From a candidate division Zixibacteria bacterium SM23_81 (lineage in GTDB: Bacteria > SM23-81), in the NCBI GenBank assembly GCA_001304015.1, contig LJUY01000010.1, positions 14,840-78,839 on the forward strand: DNA of 64,000 nucleotides. Reading direction: 5' to 3'. Positions within the stretch are counted from its first letter, which is position 1, and the number at the start of each line of letters is the position of its first letter. A program made the position numbers and the translations under genes. Below the pieces are notes generated by a model. The model was given only the letters and a program-made list of their open reading frames with translations. It was not told the origin of the DNA and did no database searches. Below, piece after piece: positions 56,634 through 64,000 of the stretch.

Positions 56634-56754
56634 GGCACCCTCCTTTTGGGCTTTTGGATTCACCATTTATACACGGCGATAGCCTTTGGCCTCACACCAT
56701 ATCGGTCAACACCCAGATGACGTCGATCCACTCTGTCCAAAACGCTCCAGGTTC

Positions 56755-56783
56755 ATTATATCATAACTGAACGAATTTGTCAA
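56755..56783 (-). promoter_or_regulatory. sigma70 promoter of the LVIVD gene
   Basis: Minus strand reads TTGACA (56778-56783), a 17-nt spacer, then TATAAT (56755-56760). This is a perfect consensus. Confidence 0.6.
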
Positions 56784-57476
56784 GTCAAAATTGGATATAG
56801 CAAAATAGAATATGGTTATTCAGAAAAGATTGGTGCAGAAAGAATTTTATGCCATCAAGCGACCTCATCAGACGGCCTGTTGGCATCTGCTATCGGGGTC
56901 AGGAGAATAAAAAGGGCCGGGTGATGCTCGATGCCGCCTCTTCTTCTGTCATTCTGGAGGAGGCGAAGCCTCCGAAGAATCTCAGGCGAAAGATCAAACG
57001 CGGCATGAAAGAGTGCTGCAAAAACCGTTTTTCCGGCATTCTGGAGAAGTTACCCAAGAGGTTGGCAGGTACAGGAAAGAATGTCCATTGGGCCGCTGGC
57101 TGGCTTAACGGCTGAGATTCTTCGGGCATGCTTTTCCCTGAACTCTCAGGCAAAGTTTATCCTAATGCCAGGCGAAGGACTCCGGTATAACTTGGTGAAT
57201 CTGCCCTCAGAATGACAACATGGTATTACTATCAGGATTGGGAGAGGTATCTTAAAATTTGGAGCGTTCATTTTTACTTCGTAATGGGTGTTTTAGAAGG
57301 AAAGGCGGGGAATGCGACGAAAAGGAGCATTATGAGGGGGAGGTCTCCTCGCTCGCTGTGGATGTTATCATCCACAGCCTCCCTCTCGACAGCCGACATC
57401 CGAGATGCTTGACACCTTGAATCTTTGCATTCCAATCTCATAGATACTAAAAATACCGACCTTTTTAAGGTCGGCT

Positions 57477-57546
57477 CAAAAAAAGGCAGAACTCTCATAA
57501 CAGAAAGTTCTGCCTTGACTTAAAAAGAAAAGCTCCGGCGGTAGGA
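57477..57546 (-). repeat. Repeat R3: genuine tRNA-Asn 3' end plus its terminator (master copy of R1/R2)
   Basis: aaaaaaaGGCAGAACtctcataacagaaaGTTCTGCCttgacttaaaaagaaaAGCTCCGGCGGTAGGAC. On the minus strand the 8-bp hairpin is followed by a T-run. A second hairpin CCGACC/GGTCGG lies at 57455-57475. Confidence 0.75.
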
Positions 57547-57605
57547 CTTGAACCTACAACCTAGTGGTTAACAGCCACCCGCTCTACCGATTGAGCTACG
57601 CCGGA
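57533..57605 (-). tRNA. tRNA-Asn (GTT)
   Basis: The minus strand folds by hand as follows. Acceptor stem TCCGGCG/CGCCGGA. D arm GCTC-AATCGGTA-GAGC. Anticodon arm GGTGG-CTGTTAA-CCACT. T arm GTAGG-TTCAAGT-CCTAC. Discriminator G. Total 73 nt, with CCA not encoded. Confidence 0.9.
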
Positions 57606-57626
57606 ACGATTTCTTGTTCTTGGCTC

Positions 57627-57655
57627 AAAATACAAAACTGCAGGCTGGTTGTCAA
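57627..57655 (-). promoter_or_regulatory. sigma70 promoter of tRNA-Asn
   Basis: Minus strand reads TTGACA (57650-57655), a 17-nt spacer, then TATTTT (57627-57632), about 20 nt upstream of the tRNA 5' end. Confidence 0.5.
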
Positions 57656-58899
57656 GATTTTTTGCTCGCCGCTGCCCCCGGTTTGGCCCCTAGGGACGAA
57701 GCTTGACCAACGCCCCATGCCCCAGCTAAAACTTCCGCTGTATGCATGATCCTGTGCGGTATACCCCGGATTTTCAGCCCCCACTCCAGCTGCAACATGC
57801 TGAGTGGGTTTCCCGTAACCACCGCGTCAACACCCAATTTCGCTATGGTTTCAAGCCTGCCATCCAGAATTTTCCCGAAAAGCTCAGGCTGAACGGCCCA
57901 GAAGAAGAGAGATCCGGCCCAACGCGCCTCGGGAACCTCCAGCTCGACCAGCTCAAGCTCCGGGATCTGGGTCAACAACTTATGGTGCCAATCCTCATCC
58001 CCATTTAGTCCAGGGGAAGTCAGGTAGGCCACCTTTAAAGGGAGAGCCGAAAAGTCCACATGGTCGGGCAAAACATCTGTGAGAAATTCCGCCACGTCAT
58101 AAATGGGGACTAGAAATCCCTCCAATCCCAAAAGCTCCCGGCAATCCCGCTTCAACATCCGCACCCCCACCGCACAGCCGGTCAAGATCGCATCCAAGCC
58201 CTGTTTTTGGAGAATCTCTATGTTCTGCTGGGCCAGCCTTCGGGCGGTGGAGAAATCGCCAGCCTCAAGAAAGGGCCACCCACAACACGCCAATCCCTCG
58301 GGGATAACTGCGGCGATGCCATTCCTTTCCAGAATACTCACAACCGCTTTTACCACTACGGGATAGATCTCCTGGGCACACCCGGGAAAATAGGCCACAC
58401 GCATCCTTGGATTTTTGGGCTCATTTTGCCTGTCTCCATGATCAGACAACAATTCCCCGTGAACCCTCGCCATGGCCTGGCCATGTGTTTCATCCAACAG
58501 CTTCAGGATGGCCGACAGAGGCCGCTGTGCAGAGCTTTGGGCTGTTTGGAGATACTGCGCCCACCGGGCCAGGGACGGAAAGTCTCTCTGCCCGATATCC
58601 AAAACCTGACCTGAGACCAGCTCTGCCCTGGCTCGCAGGATGATCTCGGTGACCTGGACATCTCCAGGACAGGCTTCCTGACAGGCACCACAAGTGAGAC
58701 ACCGGGACAGCAAATGCGCCAGGTTTGCCGAAGGCTCAATGTCGCCATCCAACATGGCCTTGACCAGCTGAACCTTTCCCCGGGCCACGGCTGGCTCTCG
58801 TCCCAATTCTAAAAAAACCGGGCATACCGCCCGGCACAGGCCACACCGAAAACATCGAGCTATGAGATCTTTCAATGGCTTTGGACTTTTATTCACCAT
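57652..58899 (-). CDS. (Fe-S)-binding CCG-domain oxidoreductase subunit (GlcF/HdrD-like)
   Basis: 415 aa. It has two ferredoxin-type motifs (CFRCGLCRAVCP, CLTCGACQEACP) followed by a Cys-rich CCG-type region (AYFPGCAQEIY..., ACCGWPF). Confidence 0.7.
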   Translation of the reverse strand: MVNKSPKPLKDLIARCFRCGLCRAVCPVFLELGREPAVARGKVQLVKAMLDGDIEPSANLAHLLSRCLTCGACQEACPGDVQVTEIILRARAELVSGQVLDIGQRDFPSLARWAQYLQTAQSSAQRPLSAILKLLDETHGQAMARVHGELLSDHGDRQNEPKNPRMRVAYFPGCAQEIYPVVVKAVVSILERNGIAAVIPEGLACCGWPFLEAGDFSTARRLAQQNIEILQKQGLDAILTGCAVGVRMLKRDCRELLGLEGFLVPIYDVAEFLTDVLPDHVDFSALPLKVAYLTSPGLNGDEDWHHKLLTQIPELELVELEVPEARWAGSLFFWAVQPELFGKILDGRLETIAKLGVDAVVTGNPLSMLQLEWGLKIRGIPHRIMHTAEVLAGAWGVGQASSLGAKPGAAASKKS

Positions 58900-58924
58900 T
58901 GACTATGGCGGAAAAGAGAGAGTC

Positions 58925-61900
58925 TTAAGCCCCGCAACATTTCTTGTACTTCTTACCACTGCCGCAGGGACAAGGATCGTTGCGGCCAACCTTCTGGGCC
59001 GCTTTGACGGGTTGGGGCTTTCCTGATCGCGCGGCCCGCACCTGGACTGGATCGGGAGCCACCTCCGGGGCAGGAGGTCGAGAATCTCCCCGGGGTGCAT
59101 GAGCCATCTCCGGAACTGGAGGTCGATAAGCCCTCTGAGTCTGGGCGGCCGTGGGAACTTCCGGGGGACGCGTGGTCACCTGGGCCCGGAAGATGAGCTC
59201 TACCGTCTCCTCGTCAATGCGGTCCAGCATCTCTCTGAAGGTCTCAAAACCCTCGCGTTTGTATTCTAACAGCGGATCTTTTTGCCCATATGCCCTGAGA
59301 CCGATGCCCTCTTTGATCAGGTCCATCTCGTAGAGGTGTTCCTTCCAGCGCTCGTCGATGATCCGGAGAGCGGCAAAACGTTCCAGCTGCCGCATCATCT
59401 CCTCTCCCAGGTCCTCCTCCTTGCGCTGGTAGGCAGCTTTGACAGCCTTTAAAACGATCTGCTGCAATTTTTCCTGGTTTAGACCGGAAATCACTTCAGG
59501 AGACAGGGTCAGGTCGACGAAAAAGGTTCTGCGCAGCTCATCCAGCAGTCCCTCAAGGTCCCATTTCTCGGCCACCAGGCTCTCATCTGTGTGAGCTAGG
59601 ACCTTCGTCTCGATGGTCTTTTCCAGCATCTCCATAATCTCGGGCTTGAGGTTATCGCCCTCCAGGGCATGGAGTCGGCGATCATAGACCACCTCCCGCT
59701 GCTGGTTCATGACGTCGTCATATTCCAGAAGATGTTTTCTGATGGCGAAGTTTTGGGCTTCAACCCGTTTCTGCGCCCGTTGGATGGCCTTGGTCACCAT
59801 AGAGTGCTGAATCACTTCACCCTCCTCTACACCCAGCTTATCCATGATGGCAGAGATGCGATCAGAGCCAAACAGCCGCATGAGGTCATCCTCCAGAGAT
59901 AGGTAGAACCGAGTGTAGCCGGGATCGCCCTGCCGTCCGCAGCGTCCCCGGAGCTGTCGATCGATGCGCCGTGCCTCATGCCTCTCGGTGCCGATGATGT
60001 GAAGCCCGCCTTCGGAATAATCCCTGGCTTTAACGTGGCGAAGATCCTCAGGCCGCCTCCGGCTGTCTTTGGGAGCGCTGAGCGGGCGGGGGATAATCAC
60101 CACCTCTCCCGGTGATGGGCCATCACCGGAGGAGAGCATGGCTTCTTTCTCCTGGGCCGTTTGCAGGACTTTTGGGGAGATACCAATCTCCTTTAAGGCT
60201 CCCTCAAATAAAGCCAACTGCTCCTGAGAGACCTCATGAACCACGACGCGTTCTTGGCTTGAGGCCAGAGATTTCACGTGTTCAGCTAAATCTTGCGTCT
60301 TCTCCTGGGGAAACCTGATAATTCCGGGTCCCAACTTGATATCGGTGCCCCGGCCAGCCATGTTGGTGGCGATGGTCACAGACCCGGGTTGGCCGGCCTG
60401 GGCTACAATTTCGGCTTCCTTTTGGTGATATTTTGCGTTCAAAACCGAGTGATTGATTCCCTTTCGCTTGAGCATGCGACTCAGGGTTTCGGAGACTTTC
60501 ACGTCGACGGTGCCCACCAGGACAGGCAAACCCTGCTCGTGGATACTGGTGATCTCCTCGATAACGGCATTATATTTCTCTCGCCGGGTGCGATAGATGA
60601 GATCGTCCTGATCATAGCGTCTCACCGGCTCGTTTGTGGGGATGACCACCACCTCCAGGTTATAGATCTTGAAGAATTCCTCTTCTTCCGTCTCGGCGGT
60701 GCCAGTCATCCCGGCCAGCTTCTCGTAAAGTCGAAAGAAGTTCTGGAGCGTAACGGTAGCCAGGGTCTGGGTTTCTCGCTCTATGGTGACGCCCTCTTTG
60801 GCCTCAATGGCCTGATGTAAACCATCGCTGTAGCGCCTTCCAGGCATCAAGCGGCCGGTGAACTCGTCCACGATGAGCACTTTCCCATCGGAGACAACAT
60901 ACTCCTCGTTTTGTTTGAAGAGCGTATAGGCCTTGAGCAATTGACTGATGTTATGAAGTTTCTCGCTCTTCTCGCCATACTCCCGATAAAACCGTTCTCT
61001 CTTTTTGGCCTTTTCCTCTTGTGACAGGGCTTGATCACTGTCGATCTCCTGCAGACCCTCGCTGAGATCTGGCATGGTGAATAGCTTCTGATCCTGAGGA
61101 GAGAGCAGCTTGCGCCCCTTTTCCTGCAGATCTACGACATTGCTGCGTTCATCGATGGCGTAGTAGAGCTCATCGTCGACCTCGCTGATTCGCTTGTCCC
61201 GCATAAAATCCAGCTCCACCCGGGTGATCAGCTTCTTCACACCGGGCTCCTGCATGAGCTTCATCAGCTTATTGTTTTTGGGATCTCCTCGCTGTGCCTG
61301 GAGCAACTGGATGCCCGCCTCGTATTCCTTTCCCTCCTGGAGAAGCTTCTCCCCTTTGGCCACAAACTGGTTCACCAGGGGTATCTGTCGCCGATACAGC
61401 TGCTCAACCCGGGGCTTCAGCTCCTGAAACCGGTGAGTGGATTGGGCCACCGGACCGGAGATGATCAACGGGGTCCGAGCCTCATCGATGAGCACGCTGT
61501 CCACCTCGTCGATGATGGCGTAATGGTGGCCTCGCTGCACCCGATCCTCCAGCCGAACGGCCATATTGTCCCGTAGGTAGTCGAATCCAAATTCGTTATT
61601 GGTTCCATAGGTGATGTCGGCTGCATAGGCTTCCTTGCGCCTCTGGGGATCCATATCGTGCTGAATGACGTCCACGGTGAGACCCAGAAATTCGTAGATC
61701 TTGCCCATCCACTCGCGATCGCGACGGGCCAGATAATCGTTCACGGTTACAAGGTGAGCGCCCCGTCCCGTGAGGGCATTGAGATAGAGGGGCATAGTGG
61801 CCACTAGGGTTTTCCCCTCTCCCGTGGCCATCTCGGCAATCTTGCCCTGATGCAGCACAACGGCTCCGATGAGCTGTACGTCAAAGGGCACCATGTCCCA

Positions 61901-62176
61901 GGTGATGGGCAAGCCACAAACTTGCCAACTCTTTCCCAGAAGCCTGCGGCACGTCTCTTTTACGGCAGCGAAAGCTTCGGGAAGAAGGTCATCTAAGGTC
62001 TGGCCCTCTTTGAGCCGATCTCGGAACTGCTCCGTTTTGGCCTCCAGCTGAGCGTCTGTGAGACCTTTATATTCCTCGGCATAGTGGTTGATCTCCTCCA
62101 CCACAGGCGCGATTTTCTTGATGTCCCGTTCGTGTTTGCTACCGCCGAGGACCTTGGAGAAAAGTTTATCGAGCAC
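58925..62176 (-). CDS. secA: Preprotein translocase ATPase SecA
   Basis: Unmistakable SecA throughout (MATGEGKTLVATMP, DEVDSVLIDEARTPLIISG, TNMAGRGTDIKLG, GGLHIIGTERHEARRIDRQLRGRCGRQGDPG), with the C-terminal Zn finger CPCGSGKKYKKCCG. I favour the GTG start at 62176 (AGGGGTAAGG upstream). The track ORF starts at TTG 62200. Confidence 0.9.
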   Translation of the reverse strand: MLDKLFSKVLGGSKHERDIKKIAPVVEEINHYAEEYKGLTDAQLEAKTEQFRDRLKEGQTLDDLLPEAFAAVKETCRRLLGKSWQVCGLPITWDMVPFDVQLIGAVVLHQGKIAEMATGEGKTLVATMPLYLNALTGRGAHLVTVNDYLARRDREWMGKIYEFLGLTVDVIQHDMDPQRRKEAYAADITYGTNNEFGFDYLRDNMAVRLEDRVQRGHHYAIIDEVDSVLIDEARTPLIISGPVAQSTHRFQELKPRVEQLYRRQIPLVNQFVAKGEKLLQEGKEYEAGIQLLQAQRGDPKNNKLMKLMQEPGVKKLITRVELDFMRDKRISEVDDELYYAIDERSNVVDLQEKGRKLLSPQDQKLFTMPDLSEGLQEIDSDQALSQEEKAKKRERFYREYGEKSEKLHNISQLLKAYTLFKQNEEYVVSDGKVLIVDEFTGRLMPGRRYSDGLHQAIEAKEGVTIERETQTLATVTLQNFFRLYEKLAGMTGTAETEEEEFFKIYNLEVVVIPTNEPVRRYDQDDLIYRTRREKYNAVIEEITSIHEQGLPVLVGTVDVKVSETLSRMLKRKGINHSVLNAKYHQKEAEIVAQAGQPGSVTIATNMAGRGTDIKLGPGIIRFPQEKTQDLAEHVKSLASSQERVVVHEVSQEQLALFEGALKEIGISPKVLQTAQEKEAMLSSGDGPSPGEVVIIPRPLSAPKDSRRRPEDLRHVKARDYSEGGLHIIGTERHEARRIDRQLRGRCGRQGDPGYTRFYLSLEDDLMRLFGSDRISAIMDKLGVEEGEVIQHSMVTKAIQRAQKRVEAQNFAIRKHLLEYDDVMNQQREVVYDRRLHALEGDNLKPEIMEMLEKTIETKVLAHTDESLVAEKWDLEGLLDELRRTFFVDLTLSPEVISGLNQEKLQQIVLKAVKAAYQRKEEDLGEEMMRQLERFAALRIIDERWKEHLYEMDLIKEGIGLRAYGQKDPLLEYKREGFETFREMLDRIDEETVELIFRAQVTTRPPEVPTAAQTQRAYRPPVPEMAHAPRGDSRPPAPEVAPDPVQVRAARSGKPQPVKAAQKVGRNDPCPCGSGKKYKKCCGA

Positions 62177-62314
62177 GACCTTACCCCTTAGATGAATCAA
62201 CTGGAATGAAAATGGTCTCTTTGTTCGATTTCAAAATAGACAAATTCCCCTTCATCGGCAAGGGAAAAATGCTCACGGCACCGGAACCGAAGGCGATATG
62301 GGGCCACAATTAAT

Positions 62315-62348
62315 AAAAAACCCGCCCAACTATACTGGGCGGGTTTTT
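62315..62348 (-). terminator. Bidirectional rho-independent terminator after cspA
   Basis: aaaaaaCCCGCCCAactatacTGGGCGGGttttt forms an 8-bp GC-rich stem flanked by an A-run and a T-run. Confidence 0.7.
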
Positions 62349-62384
62349 CACCGGGTTACATTCTAACGCCTTTATTAAAAGTCG

Positions 62385-62585
62385 TTACGCTTTAACCACG
62401 TTGGCTGCCTGCGGTCCTTTTTCACCTGACACGATCTCGAACTCGACTTCTTGACCTTCCATCAGAGTCTTGAATCCCTCTTCTTGAATGGCGGTGAAAT
62501 GGACAAACACGTCAGGACCATCTTCTTGTTCAATGAAACCATAACCCTTGTTTTCATTGAACCACTTCACTTTTCCTCTTGCCAT
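62385..62585 (-). CDS. cspA: Cold-shock protein (CspA family)
   Basis: 66 aa with RNP1/RNP2 motifs [12 protein letters not shown] and VFVHF. Confidence 0.95.
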   Translation of the reverse strand: MARGKVKWFNENKGYGFIEQEDGPDVFVHFTAIQEEGFKTLMEGQEVEFEIVSGEKGPQAANVVKA

Positions 62586-62638
62586 GCTTTCTACTACCCT
62601 CCTTTACAAAAAGCTGAGAGCCCAATTGCTCTCGTTGG

Positions 62639-62667
62639 AATATATGGCACAAGCAATCCTTTGTCAA
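62639..62667 (-). promoter_or_regulatory. sigma70 promoter of cspA
   Basis: Minus strand reads TTGACA (62662-62667), a 17-nt spacer, then TATATT (62639-62644). Confidence 0.5.
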
Positions 62668-62728
62668 GATTTTATTTAAAAAAATTTTCGTTTTGGTCAA
62701 CTTTTCAGCGACCATGCTAAGGGCCAGA

Positions 62729-63700
62729 TCAAAATGTCACTAGGACGGAGAGGCGATGGCTGTTATCCAGCTCGTTGTGGCCCAAAAAGGCATAGTCTAC
62801 ATCGCCGATGCCCAGGCGAATGCCGGCTCCCGCCGAGAATCCGTCAGGCTCAATCCCCGCTCGCAAGGCAATCCGATGCTGGTAACAGTACTCAAAACCT
62901 GCTCGGGGATCGAAACTTACCCCACTCACGGAGGCCCATGCAGCGTAATCTCTGTCTTCAAATCTGGTGTCCGCGTCTAGGGCTATGAGAATCGCGCCTC
63001 GCACAAGACGGGAAGTCAGCTTATAGGCCGTGCCCAACTTCAGCATTGGCAGGATATACTCTCTCTGTCCCGAGTTCCAGACCAAGGGTGTTGTGGTCAT
63101 ATCGGCCAACTTCACACCCACCACCCAGCTTGGCCGCAGATACCAAAAAACGCCAGCATCCACACCCAAACCCAGGGCATGATCATCCCCCACGCCCTTT
63201 CTGATGAGCTTGGCGCTGCCGCCGAGGCTTAGCCCCTTCCATCCGCTGCGAGCATAAGACAAAAACAAAGCATATTCCGCGTCATTGACCTCTCTCACAA
63301 TCCGAGGCCGCTGCGTTTGGAGATTCCATTCGGTGTAGGGAATGTCCTCAATTCCCAGGCGCAATAGGCCTATACCCAAAGCGCTGCGGTTGGGCTCCAA
63401 GGGAAGGACAACGCCCAGATAATCGTGGCCCACCAGACCGCCAAAGCTCTCGGCATGCATGAACATCACCTGGCGCTGGGACACGTGGACTAAGCCAGCG
63501 GGATTCCAATAGATGGCGCTGGCATCGTCGCTGATGGCTGCGTAGGCTCCCCCCATGCCCATGGGCCGGGCCCCCACACCAAGGCTTAGGAATTCCCCAG
63601 CGTATTTGGAAAAGCCCCATGCAGCACTCTGGATCGCCAACAGGGGGCCTAGAAATAGAATGGGGCTCCTGATTATTTTCCATAACGTACGCACAGTCAT
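62729..63700 (-). CDS. PorV/PorQ-like outer-membrane beta-barrel (no FlgD-Ig tail)
   Basis: 323 aa with a signal peptide. GARPMGMGGAYAAISDDASAIYWNPAGL is the same hallmark motif as in 40581..41849. It ends in an aromatic residue (...LSVLVTF). Confidence 0.65.
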   Translation of the reverse strand: MTVRTLWKIIRSPILFLGPLLAIQSAAWGFSKYAGEFLSLGVGARPMGMGGAYAAISDDASAIYWNPAGLVHVSQRQVMFMHAESFGGLVGHDYLGVVLPLEPNRSALGIGLLRLGIEDIPYTEWNLQTQRPRIVREVNDAEYALFLSYARSGWKGLSLGGSAKLIRKGVGDDHALGLGVDAGVFWYLRPSWVVGVKLADMTTTPLVWNSGQREYILPMLKLGTAYKLTSRLVRGAILIALDADTRFEDRDYAAWASVSGVSFDPRAGFEYCYQHRIALRAGIEPDGFSAGAGIRLGIGDVDYAFLGHNELDNSHRLSVLVTF

Positions 63701-63744
63701 AAAATACCGGTATCAGGAGCCCCGAGTCAAGCCTTTTTTGCGAC

Positions 63745-64000
63745 TCAGCCTTTAATGACTTGAGGTGTGATCTCCACGATGAGATCCGTCTTTCTTTTGC
63801 TCTCCACAGTGTGCTGAAAAAGCTTGCCCAGCACTGGAATATGTCCTAACAGCGGCAACTTGCTAATCTCGAGGGTTTCGTCCTCATTCAGCAGACCAGC
63901 GATGAGGATGGTCTCCTTGTCTCTGACTCTCACCGTTGTGGAGGCCAATCGCGTTTTGACCCATGGAATTTCATCGTTGGGACCCCTAAAGCCAACGATG
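63745..64000 (-). CDS. Secretin (PilQ/GspD family), C-terminal end only; gene continues beyond the window
   Basis: Hand translation of the open frame up to nt 64000 gives ...FRGPNDEIPWVKTRLASTTVRVRDKETILIAGLLNEDETLEISKLPLLGHIPVLGKLFQHTVESKRKTDLIVEITPQVIKG, the conserved secretin C-terminal block. Confidence 0.75.
   Translation of the reverse strand, partial: IVGFRGPNDEIPWVKTRLASTTVRVRDKETILIAGLLNEDETLEISKLPLLGHIPVLGKLFQHTVESKRKTDLIVEITPQVIKG

Noticed and set aside
54198-56682. Long ORFs with WWWW/MPMW or GIADVHHHQTG periodic sequences (the N-terminal half of 54198..56090 on the minus strand, 55468..56682 on the plus strand, and several 60-90-aa ORFs).
   Set aside because: These are alternative-frame and antisense read-throughs of the LVIVD coding repeats. 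Only the frame giving GLVVVDISDP...AGD.AYVA blades is protein-like.
51148-57546. Interpreting the three cassettes as an integron array.
   Set aside because: Each cassette has its own consensus promoter and SD. There is no intI and no GTTRRRY core sites. The repeat is a tRNA-end/terminator copy rather than an attC-type imperfect palindrome.
63701-63744. TTGACT-18-TATTTT upstream of the second PorV-like gene as its promoter.
   Set aside because: The putative -10 abuts the ATG, so the transcription start would fall inside the coding sequence. Co-transcription with the secretin gene is more likely.

Overview
This 64-kb window is roughly 50-55 % G+C by eye and is gene-dense. It appears to come from an uncultivated diderm bacterium. 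Its secreted proteins carry T9SS type-A or FlgD-Ig-like C-terminal domains, yet its expression signals are canonical sigma70 promoters (TTGACA-17-TATAAT) and strong AGGAGG Shine-Dalgarno sites. That combination suggests an FCB-superphylum-like lineage that is not Bacteroidetes-like; the lineage call is inference.

The genes fall into three strand blocks.

(i) 1-36.3 kb, all on the minus strand:
- an in-frame CDF-transporter/HflK fusion that runs off the window edge
- a 1137-aa T9SS-CTD protein and a PhzF-family protein
- a GH13 amylase plus a type I pullulanase
- a metallophosphoesterase and CysK
- a TusA/DsrE-like/NifS-like/flavodiiron operon
- a large O2/ROS-defence island with two flavodiiron proteins, high-molecular-weight rubredoxin, desulfoferrodoxin, ferritin, rubrerythrin, two erythrin-like proteins, haem catalase, and Rrf2 and Fur/PerR-like regulators
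- a permease-HMA metal exporter
- an AT-richer nitroreductase + radical-SAM pair
- a canonical hflKC pair, an iron-sulfur flavoprotein-like gene and a 680-aa secreted protein

(ii) 37.5-48.5 kb, plus strand: an eight-gene envelope operon. It encodes an Ig-repeat protein, a PorV-like barrel, a 1043-aa TPR protein, ExbB, two ExbD, a TonB-like protein and a FlgD-Ig/Pal-like protein.

(iii) 49.2-64 kb, minus strand:
- two paralogous tail-fibre/YadA-head-like surface proteins
- a frame-disrupted LVIVD beta-propeller gene
- tRNA-Asn, an HdrD/GlcF-like Fe-S protein, SecA and CspA
- a second PorV-like barrel and the 3' end of a secretin gene

Each of the three surface-protein genes has its own consensus promoter. 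The LVIVD and YadA-like genes are each followed by a repeat copying the tRNA-Asn 3' end plus its terminator.

I found no rRNA, CRISPR array, transposase, integrase or recognisable defence genes. All family calls rest on reading motifs in the supplied or hand-made translations. No searches or folding programs were available.
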